Shown here: positions 8,104 to 17,752 of the stretch, one piece after another | How the letters are laid out: every line of letters starts with the position of its first letter | How positions within the stretch are numbered: the first letter of the stretch is position 1 | Assembly (NCBI GenBank): GCA_021731585.1 | Contig: JAKFXB010000124.1 | Span: forward strand, 9,313-73,312 | From: Alphaproteobacteria bacterium | GTDB taxonomy: Bacteria; Pseudomonadota; Alphaproteobacteria; UBA9655 | Length of the DNA stretch: 64,000 bases | Direction of reading: 5' to 3' | Notes under the pieces: generated by a model | What the model saw: only the letters and a program-made list of their open reading frames with translations | What the model was told of the DNA's origin: nothing | Databases searched by the model: none | Position numbers and translations under genes: made by a program

Positions 8104-9852
8104 TTGCCAGTTCGCGGAAAATTTTTAGACACATTGCGCTCACGTCTTTCCCTTTCGGAAATTGTTGGCGAAAAAGTCAAGTTGACGCGTAAAGGGCGTG
8201 AGTATCATGGACTCTGTCCCTTTCACCATGAAAAAACACCTTCCTTTACGGTAAATAATGAAAAGGAATTCTACCACTGCTTTGGTTGCGGCGCCCATGG
8301 AGATGCCATTCGCTTTCTCACTGAAATCCACAAGCTCACCTTTATGGAAGCAGTCAAAGAGCTGGCCGCCCGCGCAGGGTTGACAGTGCCTACTGAGATG
8401 ATAATTCGTGATGAAGGACCAAAAGAAAATCTCACTCCTCTTTTAGACGCTCTTCAAGAAGCTAGCCTTTGGTATCAAAAAAATTTAGCTCAAGGAAAAT
8501 TCAATGAGGCTTTACGGTATACCGAATCCCGAGGGATACGACCAGAAACGCTTCAAAAATTTGAGCTGGGTTATGCCCCTGAGGGGTATCATACCCTGGA
8601 AGGGCACTTAAAAGAAAAAGGCTTTGCTGAAAGCGTACTTTTAGAGACGGGACTTTCTGCTCAAGGGGAAGAGAAAAAGGCTCCCTATGACCGTTTCCGT
8701 GGACGCCTTATGTTTCCTATCCACAATACAAAAAAACAAGTCGTTGCTTTTGGTGGCCGCCTTTTAGATAAAGGAGAGCCTAAATATCTCAACTCTCCTG
8801 AAACATCGTTGTTTTCTAAAGGAAAGCTTCTCTATGGGTATGGTTTTGCTAAAGAAAAAGCGGCCTCCGATCCCCTTCTCATCGTGGAAGGGTATATGGA
8901 TGTTATTTCTCTTTATCAAGCCGGATACAAAGGCGCTGTGGCTCCCTTAGGAACAGCCCTTACAGAAGATCAAATCCTTTTGGCTTGGCGCTTAGACCCT
9001 GAACCCATTCTTTGCTTTGACGGTGATCCAGCAGGCTTAAAAGCTGCTGCACGAGCTGCTGAAAGGGTCTTGCCTCTTTTAAAACCAGGATACTCCTTAA
9101 GATTTGTTTTTCTCCCCCAAGGGGAAGACCCCGATAGCTTGATTCGTAAAAGCACTGAATTTCAAAAGCTTCTTTTAGGTGCACAGTCTCTTCTCGATAC
9201 TCTATGGATGTTTTTAACTCAAGGTAAAACTTTTGACACACCTGAAAAGAAAACAGCTCTGCAGCAGCAATATACATTTTGGACCCAGGCCATAAAGCAT
9301 ATAGACGTTGGCAAAAATTATCTTTTTGCTTTTAAGGATCTTTTTTATAAAAAAATTGTTAGAAAAAATGAGGGAAACACGCACTTTTCTCCCTTAAAAC
9401 GAAAAAATGTGAATTTATTATCCATTCATGAACATCTTCTTCTTGCAATTCTTATAAATCATCCCAATTTATTAGATGAGGCTAGTGATGATTTAGCCTT
9501 TTTAGAATTTAAAGAGGCTCGGCTTCATGAAATGCGAGAAGCTATTTTGCAGTTTTATGCAAACAACACCTCTCCAGAAGAGTCCTTAAAGGATTTTCTT
9601 CTTAAAGGTGGCTTTGAAAACGAGATAAAGAGGCTCCTCTCTCCTCAAATTCTCCTTCATGGAGCTTTTGCGAAAGCCTCTGCTTCTTTTGAAGAAGCGC
9701 GGGAAGGATGGAAGGAGATTTTTAGTCGACTTGAAAGACACTCAGCAAAGGATGATCTTCGCTCAGCGCAAGATTTCTTGGCGGATGAAATGTCTTCTGA
9801 GGCATGGCAACGCTTTAAAATGTTGAAAAAAAGCACTATGTTACACGATTAG
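8104..9852 (+). CDS. dnaG: DNA primase
   Basis: Zinc-ribbon motif CPFHHEKTPSF..CFGCGAHGD, a TOPRIM region (EGYMDVIS, FDGDPAG), and the conserved position upstream of rpoD. Apparent TTG start. Confidence 0.92.
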   Translation: MPVRGKFLDTLRSRLSLSEIVGEKVKLTRKGREYHGLCPFHHEKTPSFTVNNEKEFYHCFGCGAHGDAIRFLTEIHKLTFMEAVKELAARAGLTVPTEMIIRDEGPKENLTPLLDALQEASLWYQKNLAQGKFNEALRYTESRGIRPETLQKFELGYAPEGYHTLEGHLKEKGFAESVLLETGLSAQGEEKKAPYDRFRGRLMFPIHNTKKQVVAFGGRLLDKGEPKYLNSPETSLFSKGKLLYGYGFAKEKAASDPLLIVEGYMDVISLYQAGYKGAVAPLGTALTEDQILLAWRLDPEPILCFDGDPAGLKAAARAAERVLPLLKPGYSLRFVFLPQGEDPDSLIRKSTEFQKLLLGAQSLLDTLWMFLTQGKTFDTPEKKTALQQQYTFWTQAIKHIDVGKNYLFAFKDLFYKKIVRKNEGNTHFSPLKRKNVNLLSIHEHLLLAILINHPNLLDEASDDLAFLEFKEARLHEMREAILQFYANNTSPEESLKDFLLKGGFENEIKRLLSPQILLHGAFAKASASFEEAREGWKEIFSRLERHSAKDDLRSAQDFLADEMSSEAWQRFKMLKKSTMLHD

Positions 9853-9910
9853 GTTGTATATAGAGCGCAATTTATGATTTAGTATTGAGTAAATTTAAAG
9901 GATGGATTGA

Positions 9911-11857
9911 ATGGCAAATATGGCAAGTTCAACTGCAGAGACCACAAATCATGATGACAAAAGCCCCAAGGATATCGCTTTAGGAGAGAAAGCGATTAAG
10001 CAACTTCTCGCCCAAGGGAAACTGCGTGGGTATGTCACTTATGAAGAACTTAATGAAATTCTGCCAGAGGACAAACTAAGTTCTGAACAAATTGAAGATA
10101 TTATGTCCATGATTTCCGATATGGGCATCAATATTATTGAAGACGACGAAGCCGACCAAGAAGAAAAGCCCAAAAGCGCCCTGCAAGGGGACGAGGATGA
10201 GACTGAAGCCGCAGCTGAAGTCAGTGAAGCAGGAAGAACGGATGATCCGGTTCGTCTTTATCTCCGCGAGATGGGAACAGTTGAGCTTCTCTCCCGCGAA
10301 GGGGAAATTGAAATTGCAAAACGCATTGAGTCTGGCCGTGAAATGATGATTGGGGCTATTTGTGAAAGCCCCTTAACCATCCGTGCCATCGTCACCTGGC
10401 GCGATGCTCTTAATAAAGATCAAATGCTTTTAAGGGATATTATCGACATTGAATCAACATATACCAATGGTCCTTCCGATGAGGACCCCGATGGGGAAAA
10501 TTTTGTAGAAGGAGCTCTTCTAACAGATTCTGCCATTGAAGAGGAATCCTTAGAAGATGAAAATAGCTTTAGCGATGAGGATGCTGCCAGCCTCTCCATT
10601 TCTGCTATGGAAGATTCTCTGCGTCCCAAGGTTGTGGAAACCTTTGATCAAATCGCTAAAACCTATACACAACTTCGGAAACTTCAAGAACAACGCTTAA
10701 AGACCCTTCAGGAAGGGAAGAAAGCTTCTTCCCCCATTGAAAAAAAGTACGAAGATCTCCGCAATAAGCTTATCGATTTGATGGAGGGTATTCATCTTAA
10801 CTCCCCTCGTATTGAGCAACTTGTAGAGCAACTCTACACCTTTAACCGCAAACTTGTCGGTCTTGAGGGCCGTCTATTACGACTTGCTGAATCTTCGGGT
10901 GTAAGAAGAGAAGTCTTCCTCGAAAACTATTACGGAAGTGAGCTTGCCCCCGAGTGGTTTGAGAAAATTGAAGGCCTTTCTGGAAAAGGCTGGCAAAAGT
11001 TTTTGGAAAAACATAAGGATGAAGCCATCGAAATTCGCAAGACTATTGGTGAAGTTGCTGATGAAGCCGGTCTTCCTATTTCCGAATTAAGACGCATCGT
11101 AAGTACGGTCCAAAAGGGCGAACGTGACTCAAGCCGCGCGAAAAAAGAAATGATTGAAGCCAACCTTCGTCTTGTGATTTCTATCGCAAAGAAATACACC
11201 AACCGCGGTCTTCAATTTTTGGACCTCATCCAAGAGGGAAATATTGGCCTTATGAAAGCCGTTGATAAGTTTGAATATCGGCGCGGCTATAAGTTTTCAA
11301 CTTATGCCACTTGGTGGATTCGTCAAGCCATTACCCGCTCCATTGCGGACCAAGCACGCACTATCCGTATTCCGGTTCATATGATTGAAACTATCAATAA
11401 GCTAGTACGGACCTCTCGCCAAATGCTCCATGAAATTGGACGAGAGCCCACGCCTGAAGAACTCGCTAATAAGTTAAAGATGCCCCTTGATAAGGTGCGT
11501 AAAGTGATGAAAATTGCGAAAGAGCCTATCAGCCTTGAAACTCCTATTGGAGACGAGGAAGACGGTCATTTAGGCGACTTTATTGAGGATAAAAATGCTG
11601 TCGTGCCTGTGGATGCAGCCGTGCTTTCTAATTTGCGAGAGACAACAACGCGTGTCCTTGCGAGCCTTACTCCCCGTGAAGAGCGCGTTTTACGCATGCG
11701 ATTTGGTATCGGCATGAATACGGACCACACCTTAGAAGAGGTGGGACAACAGTTCGCTGTCACCCGTGAACGCATCCGACAAATCGAGGCCAAAGCCCTG
11801 CGCAAACTTAAGCATCCCAGCCGCTCTCGCAAGCTTCGCAGTTTTTTGGATACTTAA
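9911..11857 (+). CDS. rpoD: RNA polymerase sigma-70 factor RpoD
   Basis: Acidic region 1, then regions 2-4 ([66 protein letters not shown]). Confidence 0.96.
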   Translation: MANMASSTAETTNHDDKSPKDIALGEKAIKQLLAQGKLRGYVTYEELNEILPEDKLSSEQIEDIMSMISDMGINIIEDDEADQEEKPKSALQGDEDETEAAAEVSEAGRTDDPVRLYLREMGTVELLSREGEIEIAKRIESGREMMIGAICESPLTIRAIVTWRDALNKDQMLLRDIIDIESTYTNGPSDEDPDGENFVEGALLTDSAIEEESLEDENSFSDEDAASLSISAMEDSLRPKVVETFDQIAKTYTQLRKLQEQRLKTLQEGKKASSPIEKKYEDLRNKLIDLMEGIHLNSPRIEQLVEQLYTFNRKLVGLEGRLLRLAESSGVRREVFLENYYGSELAPEWFEKIEGLSGKGWQKFLEKHKDEAIEIRKTIGEVADEAGLPISELRRIVSTVQKGERDSSRAKKEMIEANLRLVISIAKKYTNRGLQFLDLIQEGNIGLMKAVDKFEYRRGYKFSTYATWWIRQAITRSIADQARTIRIPVHMIETINKLVRTSRQMLHEIGREPTPEELANKLKMPLDKVRKVMKIAKEPISLETPIGDEEDGHLGDFIEDKNAVVPVDAAVLSNLRETTTRVLASLTPREERVLRMRFGIGMNTDHTLEEVGQQFAVTRERIRQIEAKALRKLKHPSRSRKLRSFLDT

Positions 11858-11875
11858 AAAATCATTTGTAAGTCC

Positions 11876-12610
11876 ATGCATGTTAAGGCTATTAAAACTC
11901 ATCTCATTCAACCAGGTGAGCTACTAGAGACCATCCTTGATCGTTACATTCCTTCAATTTCGGAACAAGCTATCCTCGTTATCACGTCAAAAATTATCAG
12001 TATCTGCCAGGGGCATGTTCTTCCAAAGACAAGTATCTCTAAAGAGGCGTTAATTAAACAGGAAGCAGATGCCGTCGCTGAGACAAGAGAAAATCCTTAT
12101 GGTATTTATTTAACTCTTAAGAACAACATTCTGATTCCCTCAGCGGGCATTGATGAATCAAATGGAGATGACGTCTATATTTTGTATCCCAAGGATATCC
12201 AAAATACTGCCATAGCTCTTTGGAATTATGTTCGTCAAAAGCATTCCCTCGAGCATTTAGGGATTATAATTACAGATAGCCACACCACACCTCTGCGGCG
12301 CGGTGTTACAGGAATTGCTCTTGGCTGGTGTGGATTTGAGCCTCTTTATTCCTACGTAGGAAAGTCTGATCTTTATGACAAGTCCATGCGTGTGACCCAA
12401 ATCAATCTCCTTGATGCACTGGCAACGTCTGCTGTATTGGTTATGGGAGAAGGAAAGGAGCAAACGCCTCTTGCTGTTATCAGTGATGCACCCAAGATTT
12501 CCTTCGTCTCACGCCCCCCTATCCCTGTAGAAGAACAAAGCATTCTTATTTCCATGGAAGAAGATCTTTACGCCCCCCTTCTTATGGGCACGACATGGCT
12601 GAAACCTTGA
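11876..12610 (+). CDS. CofE-like gamma-glutamyl ligase (COG1478 family; possible folate polyglutamylation enzyme)
   Basis: Motifs ITSKIISICQG, PSAGIDESN and IIITDSHTTPLRRGVTGIALG are typical of the F420-0:gamma-glutamyl ligase superfamily. Confidence 0.75.
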   Translation: MHVKAIKTHLIQPGELLETILDRYIPSISEQAILVITSKIISICQGHVLPKTSISKEALIKQEADAVAETRENPYGIYLTLKNNILIPSAGIDESNGDDVYILYPKDIQNTAIALWNYVRQKHSLEHLGIIITDSHTTPLRRGVTGIALGWCGFEPLYSYVGKSDLYDKSMRVTQINLLDALATSAVLVMGEGKEQTPLAVISDAPKISFVSRPPIPVEEQSILISMEEDLYAPLLMGTTWLKP

Positions 12611-12647
12611 ACGTCATTTAGCATAAGCGCCGTAAAGCTAAAAGATT

Positions 12648-13457
12648 TTACCCCCTTAAAATAACAGTTTCTATTAACTTTCTGGAAATACTTGAGCTGG
12701 GGGGAAGTGGGGGTAATTTATTTAAATGAAACCAACGGGCATCCTCTATCTCGTTACCATCAATTTTAATTTCACCTCGTAAATATTCTGCCTTAAAAGC
12801 AATCATAAAACTGTTTGGGAAGGGCCAACTCTGGCTCCCAAAATATTTCAATTCTGTTATTTCCACTCCGACTTCTTCTTTGACTTCTCGATGCACCGCT
12901 TGTTCAGCTGTTTCACCAATATCAATAAAACCTGCAAGAGCGCTATATATTCCAGGTTTAAAATGCGCTGATCTGCCTAATAAGAGTTCATTTTCTCGTT
13001 GAATTAATACCATTACAGCTGGAAAAGGATTAGGAAAAAATGAAAGCTCGCATAAACTACATTTCTTTTCAGTGGTCTCCAAAACTTTTTGAATTTTTCC
13101 GCCACACTTGCTGCAGTATTGAAACTGTGCATCCCAAGTTAACCAATGCACGGCTCGCAAAATGCGCTGCCCTAGGACTGTGTCATTTGTTGCAGCTAAG
13201 AAAGACTTTACATTGTTTATATAGAATTTCTCTGTAAGTATTTGATCAGGATTTAAAGTACTATGACAGTTGATGATGAGAATTGAATCATCTAAATAAG
13301 CCTCGTTTACGACAAGCTTTAACTGTTTTAGAGTTTCTGCAAATCGTAGGATGGGGGAAGATGTTTGAGAGTTAACGATAATTCCATCGTCCGTAAAAAA
13401 CAGAGCAAAATGTTCTGCATAGTTTTTGCTTAAAATATCTTTTGTTAGGAGTTTCAT
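12648..13457 (-). CDS. nudC: NADH pyrophosphatase (Nudix, zinc ribbon)
   Basis: Zinc ribbon CSKCGG...CSLC, followed by the Nudix box GFIDIGETAEQAVHREVKEEVGV. Confidence 0.8.
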   Translation of the reverse strand: MKLLTKDILSKNYAEHFALFFTDDGIIVNSQTSSPILRFAETLKQLKLVVNEAYLDDSILIINCHSTLNPDQILTEKFYINNVKSFLAATNDTVLGQRILRAVHWLTWDAQFQYCSKCGGKIQKVLETTEKKCSLCELSFFPNPFPAVMVLIQRENELLLGRSAHFKPGIYSALAGFIDIGETAEQAVHREVKEEVGVEITELKYFGSQSWPFPNSFMIAFKAEYLRGEIKIDGNEIEDARWFHLNKLPPLPPSSSISRKLIETVILRG

Positions 13458-14059
13458 TAAGCCCTTGTTTCTTTTTGCTTAAAGCTTTGAGGGTTTGGAT
13501 TTTCGTCGATAAACTTTAGAATCGCTTTCCCACAATCAAAAGCAGAGGTACAGGTTGTATCAATGATCATATCATAAGATCTTTCTGGCACGTGAACACG
13601 CCCAATTTGATCGCGACCCAGGCCGAGGGCGCGATCTCCCCGAAGAATCTCTCGCTCTTGAAGCGTTTTCAAATCACACATAACACCAATAAAATAGACC
13701 GTATGATCTTTGAGAGCCCCTACATAACGATTCAAACTCTCATCCCCAAAGAGAACTTCATCGAGGATGATATCATGTCCGTCATCCGCAAGGGTTTGAA
13801 TGACCTTAGGAATTGTTTTGCCAAGGGCTTGTCCATAGGGTCCGTTTTCAATCCGCATCAAAGGTCCTAAATCATCATGCTCAGGGATAAAGTGGAATCC
13901 TTGATCTGCCTTATCTCCAAAGCCTACATAAGCAGAAGGCATCATGTGAAAGAAGGTATCGATACCAATCAAAAGATACGGTTTTTCGGAAAGAAATTGA
14001 AGGGCTCGTGCAAGGGTTGATTTCCCCGCAGAGGAACAACCGTTCAGAAAAATGATCAT
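13457..14059 (-). CDS. P-loop kinase of the chloramphenicol phosphotransferase-like (CPT) family
   Basis: N-terminal P-loop NGCSSAGKST in a protein of about 200 aa. Its stop overlaps the nudC start by 1 nt (TAATG), suggesting an operon. Confidence 0.7.
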   Translation of the reverse strand: MIIFLNGCSSAGKSTLARALQFLSEKPYLLIGIDTFFHMMPSAYVGFGDKADQGFHFIPEHDDLGPLMRIENGPYGQALGKTIPKVIQTLADDGHDIILDEVLFGDESLNRYVGALKDHTVYFIGVMCDLKTLQEREILRGDRALGLGRDQIGRVHVPERSYDMIIDTTCTSAFDCGKAILKFIDENPNPQSFKQKETRA

Positions 14060-14191
14060 TAATGAGCCTCTTAACTTTTGGTGAAAATTTGAATTTGATA
14101 CAACTCTTTCAAGATATATTTATAGTTTGCCACATGAATGAAAGATGTCAAATTTTTTGTGTAGGGTTGATAGGCCATTTTAAAAATGGGC

Positions 14192-14219
14192 TTGACTATA
14201 TAGTAAACTTACATATTAT
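14192..14219 (+). promoter_or_regulatory. putative sigma-70 promoter of the SRPBCC-MarR operon
   Basis: TTGACT (14192-14197), a 16-nt spacer, then TATTAT (14214-19). It lies about 30 nt upstream of the RBS-preceded ATG at 14248. Confidence 0.35.
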
Positions 14220-14247
14220 ATAAATGATTATAATCAAGGAGTCTATT

Positions 14248-14664
14248 ATGTGGATACGAACCTACAGCAAGATTTTTAAAAACATCAAAAAGGAAAATAT
14301 TTGGCAGATTTGGACCGATGTTAATAGTTGGCCGAAATGGCATGGAGATTTAGAGTATTGTCAAATGGAGGGCCCCTTTACTGTCGGCAATTATTTCATG
14401 CTAAAGCCCAAAGGCGTCAAAGCCTTTAAAATTGCGTTGACGCACATTGAGGAAGGTCGAAAATTCACCGATTGTACCTCCTTTTTTGGGGCAAAGATGT
14501 ATGATACCCATGAGCTGGAAGAAACTCCGAATGGCTTACGTCTCATTAATACTTTAGTAGTGACTGGGCCCCTTAATTTTTTATGGGTTAAGCTTGTCGC
14601 CCAAGATGTTGCAGATAGCGTTCCAAAAGAAATGGAAGCCCTCGTTGACCTCGCAAGAGCCTAA
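14248..14664 (+). CDS. SRPBCC (polyketide cyclase/dehydrase-like) family protein
   Basis: Size of about 140 aa with a W..WPKWH motif. AAGGAG lies 7 nt before the ATG at 14248, which is preferred over 14224. Confidence 0.7.
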   Translation: MWIRTYSKIFKNIKKENIWQIWTDVNSWPKWHGDLEYCQMEGPFTVGNYFMLKPKGVKAFKIALTHIEEGRKFTDCTSFFGAKMYDTHELEETPNGLRLINTLVVTGPLNFLWVKLVAQDVADSVPKEMEALVDLARA

Positions 14665-15118
14665 AAAATCCGCCTTTGGATTTAAAGCACCTGAAGATAG
14701 CCCCGGGTTTCTGCTCTGGCAGACAACGGTCACATGGCAACGGCTGATTAAAAAGGCCCTTGATAGCTTTGACATTTCCCATCCCCAATTTGTTATTATG
14801 GCTGTCAGCTTATGGCTTGAAGAACATCATCAAGATCCCACACAAGTGGCCATTGCACGCCTTTCCAAGCTTGATAAAATGACCGTCTCAAAATCCCTAA
14901 AAAAGCTTATTCTCCAGGGCTATGTTAGCCGCAAAGAAAGCCAAAAAGACACACGAGCCAAATGGGTGCATTTAACGCCTCAGGGGAAGAGTCTTGTCTC
15001 AAAGCTAATCCCTGTGGTTGAGGGAATTGATGCTGAATTCTTCGGGAAAATTCCCCAAAGAGATCAACAAAATTTTATTCAAATTTTAGGAAACTTAATG
15101 GCAGAGCTTCATCATTAG
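14594..15118 (+). CDS. MarR family transcriptional regulator
   Basis: Winged-helix region (PGFLLWQTTVTWQRL...ISHPQFVIMAVSL...LSKLDKMTVSKSLKKLILQGYVSR). The true start is uncertain; the in-frame TTG at 14645 is plausible. Confidence 0.75.
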   Translation: MSPKMLQIAFQKKWKPSLTSQEPKKSAFGFKAPEDSPGFLLWQTTVTWQRLIKKALDSFDISHPQFVIMAVSLWLEEHHQDPTQVAIARLSKLDKMTVSKSLKKLILQGYVSRKESQKDTRAKWVHLTPQGKSLVSKLIPVVEGIDAEFFGKIPQRDQQNFIQILGNLMAELHH

Positions 15119-15201
15119 AGGATTAAGAGGGCCCCCCTTGACCTCATTCGCAAGACACAGCAAACTATCAGAAATAAAATTAGATAAAATAGAGATTTCC
15201 T

Positions 15202-15963
15202 ATGCCCCATATTGCCATTCTTGCTTCACCGGCCCCTGAAGCAATGCAAGCCAAGCGCACCCTCGAGACCCTCTATCCGACGGTTCGGCCGGAGGAGGCC
15301 GACATCCTAATCGCCCTTGGTGGGGACGGTTTTATGCTAGAAACCATGCATGACTCCCTCTCCTCAAAGACGCCCATTTATGGAATTCATTGTGGCAGCG
15401 TGGGGTTTTTGATGAATGAACTTGCCCCCCATGACCTGATGCTACGCCTTGAAAAGGCAAAGCCAAGCGTTCTCCATCCCCTTGAAATGCAGACACAACA
15501 AAAGGATGGCGTCTTAGCTACAGCTCTCGCTTTTAATGAAGTCTCCTTGCTCCGTGAGTCTCGCCAAGCCGCCAAGCTCCAGATTTCCATTGACGGAGTT
15601 GTGCGCCTTGAAGAATTGGTGTGTGATGGTATTTTACTCTCAACCCCTGCAGGGAGCACAGCCTACAATCTTTCTGCCCATGGGCCCATCATTCCTCTTG
15701 GCGCCCCTCTCTTGGCCCTCACTCCCATCAGTGCCTTCCGGCCACGGCGCTGGAAGGGAGCTCTGCTGCCAGAGACAGCTCAAGTTCAATTCACCCTTCT
15801 TGAGCCGGAAAAACGCCCCGTAAGCGCAGTTGCTGACTTTACGGAGGTGCGAAACGTCACGTCGGTGACCGTGCGTCAATCCAAGGAGCACGCCGTCACC
15901 CTGCTCTTTGATCACGAACATAATCTGGATGAGCGCATTCTGCGGGAGCAATTTTGGGGATAA
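15202..15963 (+). CDS. nadK: NAD kinase
   Basis: GGDGFML motif, NEVSL, and [22 protein letters not shown]. Confidence 0.9.
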   Translation: MPHIAILASPAPEAMQAKRTLETLYPTVRPEEADILIALGGDGFMLETMHDSLSSKTPIYGIHCGSVGFLMNELAPHDLMLRLEKAKPSVLHPLEMQTQQKDGVLATALAFNEVSLLRESRQAAKLQISIDGVVRLEELVCDGILLSTPAGSTAYNLSAHGPIIPLGAPLLALTPISAFRPRRWKGALLPETAQVQFTLLEPEKRPVSAVADFTEVRNVTSVTVRQSKEHAVTLLFDHEHNLDERILREQFWG

Positions 15964-15990
15964 GAGAAGGGTTTATGTTTAAAAAACTTT

Positions 15991-16019
15991 TTGACCTGTA
16001 ATGACAATGTCATTACAAT
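15991..16019 (+). promoter_or_regulatory. promoter with embedded 21-bp perfect palindrome (operator) of the toxin-antitoxin operon
   Basis: TTGACC (15991-96), a 17-nt spacer, then TACAAT (16014-19). The palindrome tgtaatgaca a tgtcattaca (15997-16017) fills the spacer and overlaps the -10 element. Confidence 0.55.
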
Positions 16020-16038
16020 TAGATAAAAGGAGTTTACC

Positions 16039-16332
16039 ATGCATACTGAAACAACTAAATCAACCTACTTAAACATTCGTGTTTCTAAGCTTTCTAAGAA
16101 TATTCTTCAAAAGGCTGCTGAGATTGAAGGTGACACCTTAAGTCACTTTGTGGTGTCCCAAGCTTTAGAAAGTGCTTACAAGCTCTTATCAAAACCTGAA
16201 ACTTTGCTTCTTTCTTCTGAAGAGCAACATCAGTTTTATCACCTTTTAGAAGACCCTAAGGAGTTAAATCCTTATCTCTCTAAAGCGATACAACGCTATA
16301 AAAAAATAAAAAAAGATGTCTCTGAAGTTTGA
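16039..16332 (+). CDS. DUF1778 (TacA-like, RHH) antitoxin
   Basis: 97-aa ORF with AAGGAG RBS. It overlaps the downstream GNAT gene by 17 nt, and its size and position are typical of TacA-type antitoxins. Confidence 0.75.
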   Translation: MHTETTKSTYLNIRVSKLSKNILQKAAEIEGDTLSHFVVSQALESAYKLLSKPETLLLSSEEQHQFYHLLEDPKELNPYLSKAIQRYKKIKKDVSEV

Positions 16333-16819
16333 GTTGCTCTCAGAAGAACATAATCGTACCGATTTCGATTGTGGAGAAGAGGCGCTGAATCTTTACCTGA
16401 CTCATTTTGCTCGACAAGATATTATCCGTGAACTTGCGCGAACATTTATTATTCGAAAAGCGACCGTACCTAAAATTTTGGGATACTATAGTCTTTGCTC
16501 AGCTTCGATTGATGTGGCAGCACTTCCAGAAAATCTTCTGAAAAAGTTTCCGAAACGTCCTGTCCCTGTAGCTCGCTTGGCTCGCCTTGCTGTTGATGAG
16601 GTATACCAGGGAAATGGATATGGAGAACTTCTTCTTGTTGATGCTTTATACCGAACCTCAACTGCAGGAGAACAAATAGGTATTCACGGCATGATCATTG
16701 ATGCCAAGCATGAAAAAGCGAGCCAATTCTATAGAAAGTATGGCTTTCAGCCCTTCTCTAACAATTCTCTTACACTTTTTTCTTCTTTAAAAGATCTCAG
16801 GGGAAATTTTACGTCCTGA
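16316..16819 (+). CDS. GNAT acetyltransferase toxin (TacT-like)
   Basis: 167 aa with the acetyl-CoA motif VYQGNGYGELLL. It forms a two-gene module with the DUF1778 partner. Confidence 0.8.
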   Translation: MSLKFELLSEEHNRTDFDCGEEALNLYLTHFARQDIIRELARTFIIRKATVPKILGYYSLCSASIDVAALPENLLKKFPKRPVPVARLARLAVDEVYQGNGYGELLLVDALYRTSTAGEQIGIHGMIIDAKHEKASQFYRKYGFQPFSNNSLTLFSSLKDLRGNFTS

Positions 16820-16904
16820 AAAGGTACGCAATATTCTTCGCTTTCTAACTTCTGAACGTTCCGTGTATGGGAATGCAGCAAGTAGATAAAAAAATTATCC
16901 GAGC

Positions 16905-17120
16905 CTAATCAACAGGTTTCTCAAGATCTCTCTTACACGCCTCAAAGACATTAAGACAGTTATTTATACATGACATATCAACGAAGTGTTCTCTTTTTGT
17001 TTTACAAGAATTAGCACAGTTGGTATATTGTTCTTGGCAAGTGAGATCCTTTGCATTTACTTGTGAAAGAGTCAAACCCACCCCAACAAAAACTAATCCT
17101 TGAAGAAATTTTTTTGACAT
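16905..17120 (-). CDS. small secreted cysteine-rich protein
   Basis: 71 aa. Signal peptide (MSKKFLQGLVFVGVGLTLSQVNA), then 8 Cys in 45 residues. Confidence 0.55.
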   Translation of the reverse strand: MSKKFLQGLVFVGVGLTLSQVNAKDLTCQEQYTNCANSCKTKREHFVDMSCINNCLNVFEACKRDLEKPVD

Positions 17121-17371
17121 GTTTAAATCCTTTTTTACTCAATTGTTATCTGTTGATGCTTGATTTATTGAAATCAAGACTTATTTTCTTTCAATATTAT
17201 CAGACCTCTTTATTAATATACCGTTAAAATAAGAAAAAATATCAGAACGGCATTTAGACTTTAACAGGACAAATTTCCAAAAAACATAAATTAAAGATCA
17301 ACCCTTGAAATAAAAGTATAAGTTTCTTAAGTTAAGAATATGAGTTGTGTTGTGAATAAAGGAAATTTATC

Positions 17372-17752
17372 GTGAAAAAATGGGGTGATGTATTCAGTGG
17401 AACGGGAACAGTAGTGGTCTCTCTTCTCTCCTGTGCGGCTTGTCCTCTTTGTTTGCCGCTTTATGCGGGACTGCTCAGCCTTATTGGCATTGAACTGGCT
17501 GAAGTGCATGAATTCTTCTTCCCGATTATGATGGTTTTTGCTTTGGTAACAATTGGCTTTATGGCTTATCAAATTTATCATCACCATGGGAAATGGCCTC
17601 CTTTAGCATTGGCGACAGCAGCTGCTATTGGCATGGCAAGCGCTGCTTTCATGGGCTATGAATACCTTCTCTATGCCTGTCTTGCCCTCTTTATGGGAAG
17701 TGTCTTTTGGAATAAAAGAACTCTTGTTCATGAAGGTCATGGGTGTTGTTAA
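17372..17752 (+). CDS. MerC-family membrane protein (orphan)
   Basis: 126 aa with about 4 TM segments. The N-terminal SLLSCAACPLCLP resembles the MerC CAAC metal-binding helix. The C-terminus is HEGHGCC. Confidence 0.5.
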   Translation: MKKWGDVFSGTGTVVVSLLSCAACPLCLPLYAGLLSLIGIELAEVHEFFFPIMMVFALVTIGFMAYQIYHHHGKWPPLALATAAAIGMASAAFMGYEYLLYACLALFMGSVFWNKRTLVHEGHGCC

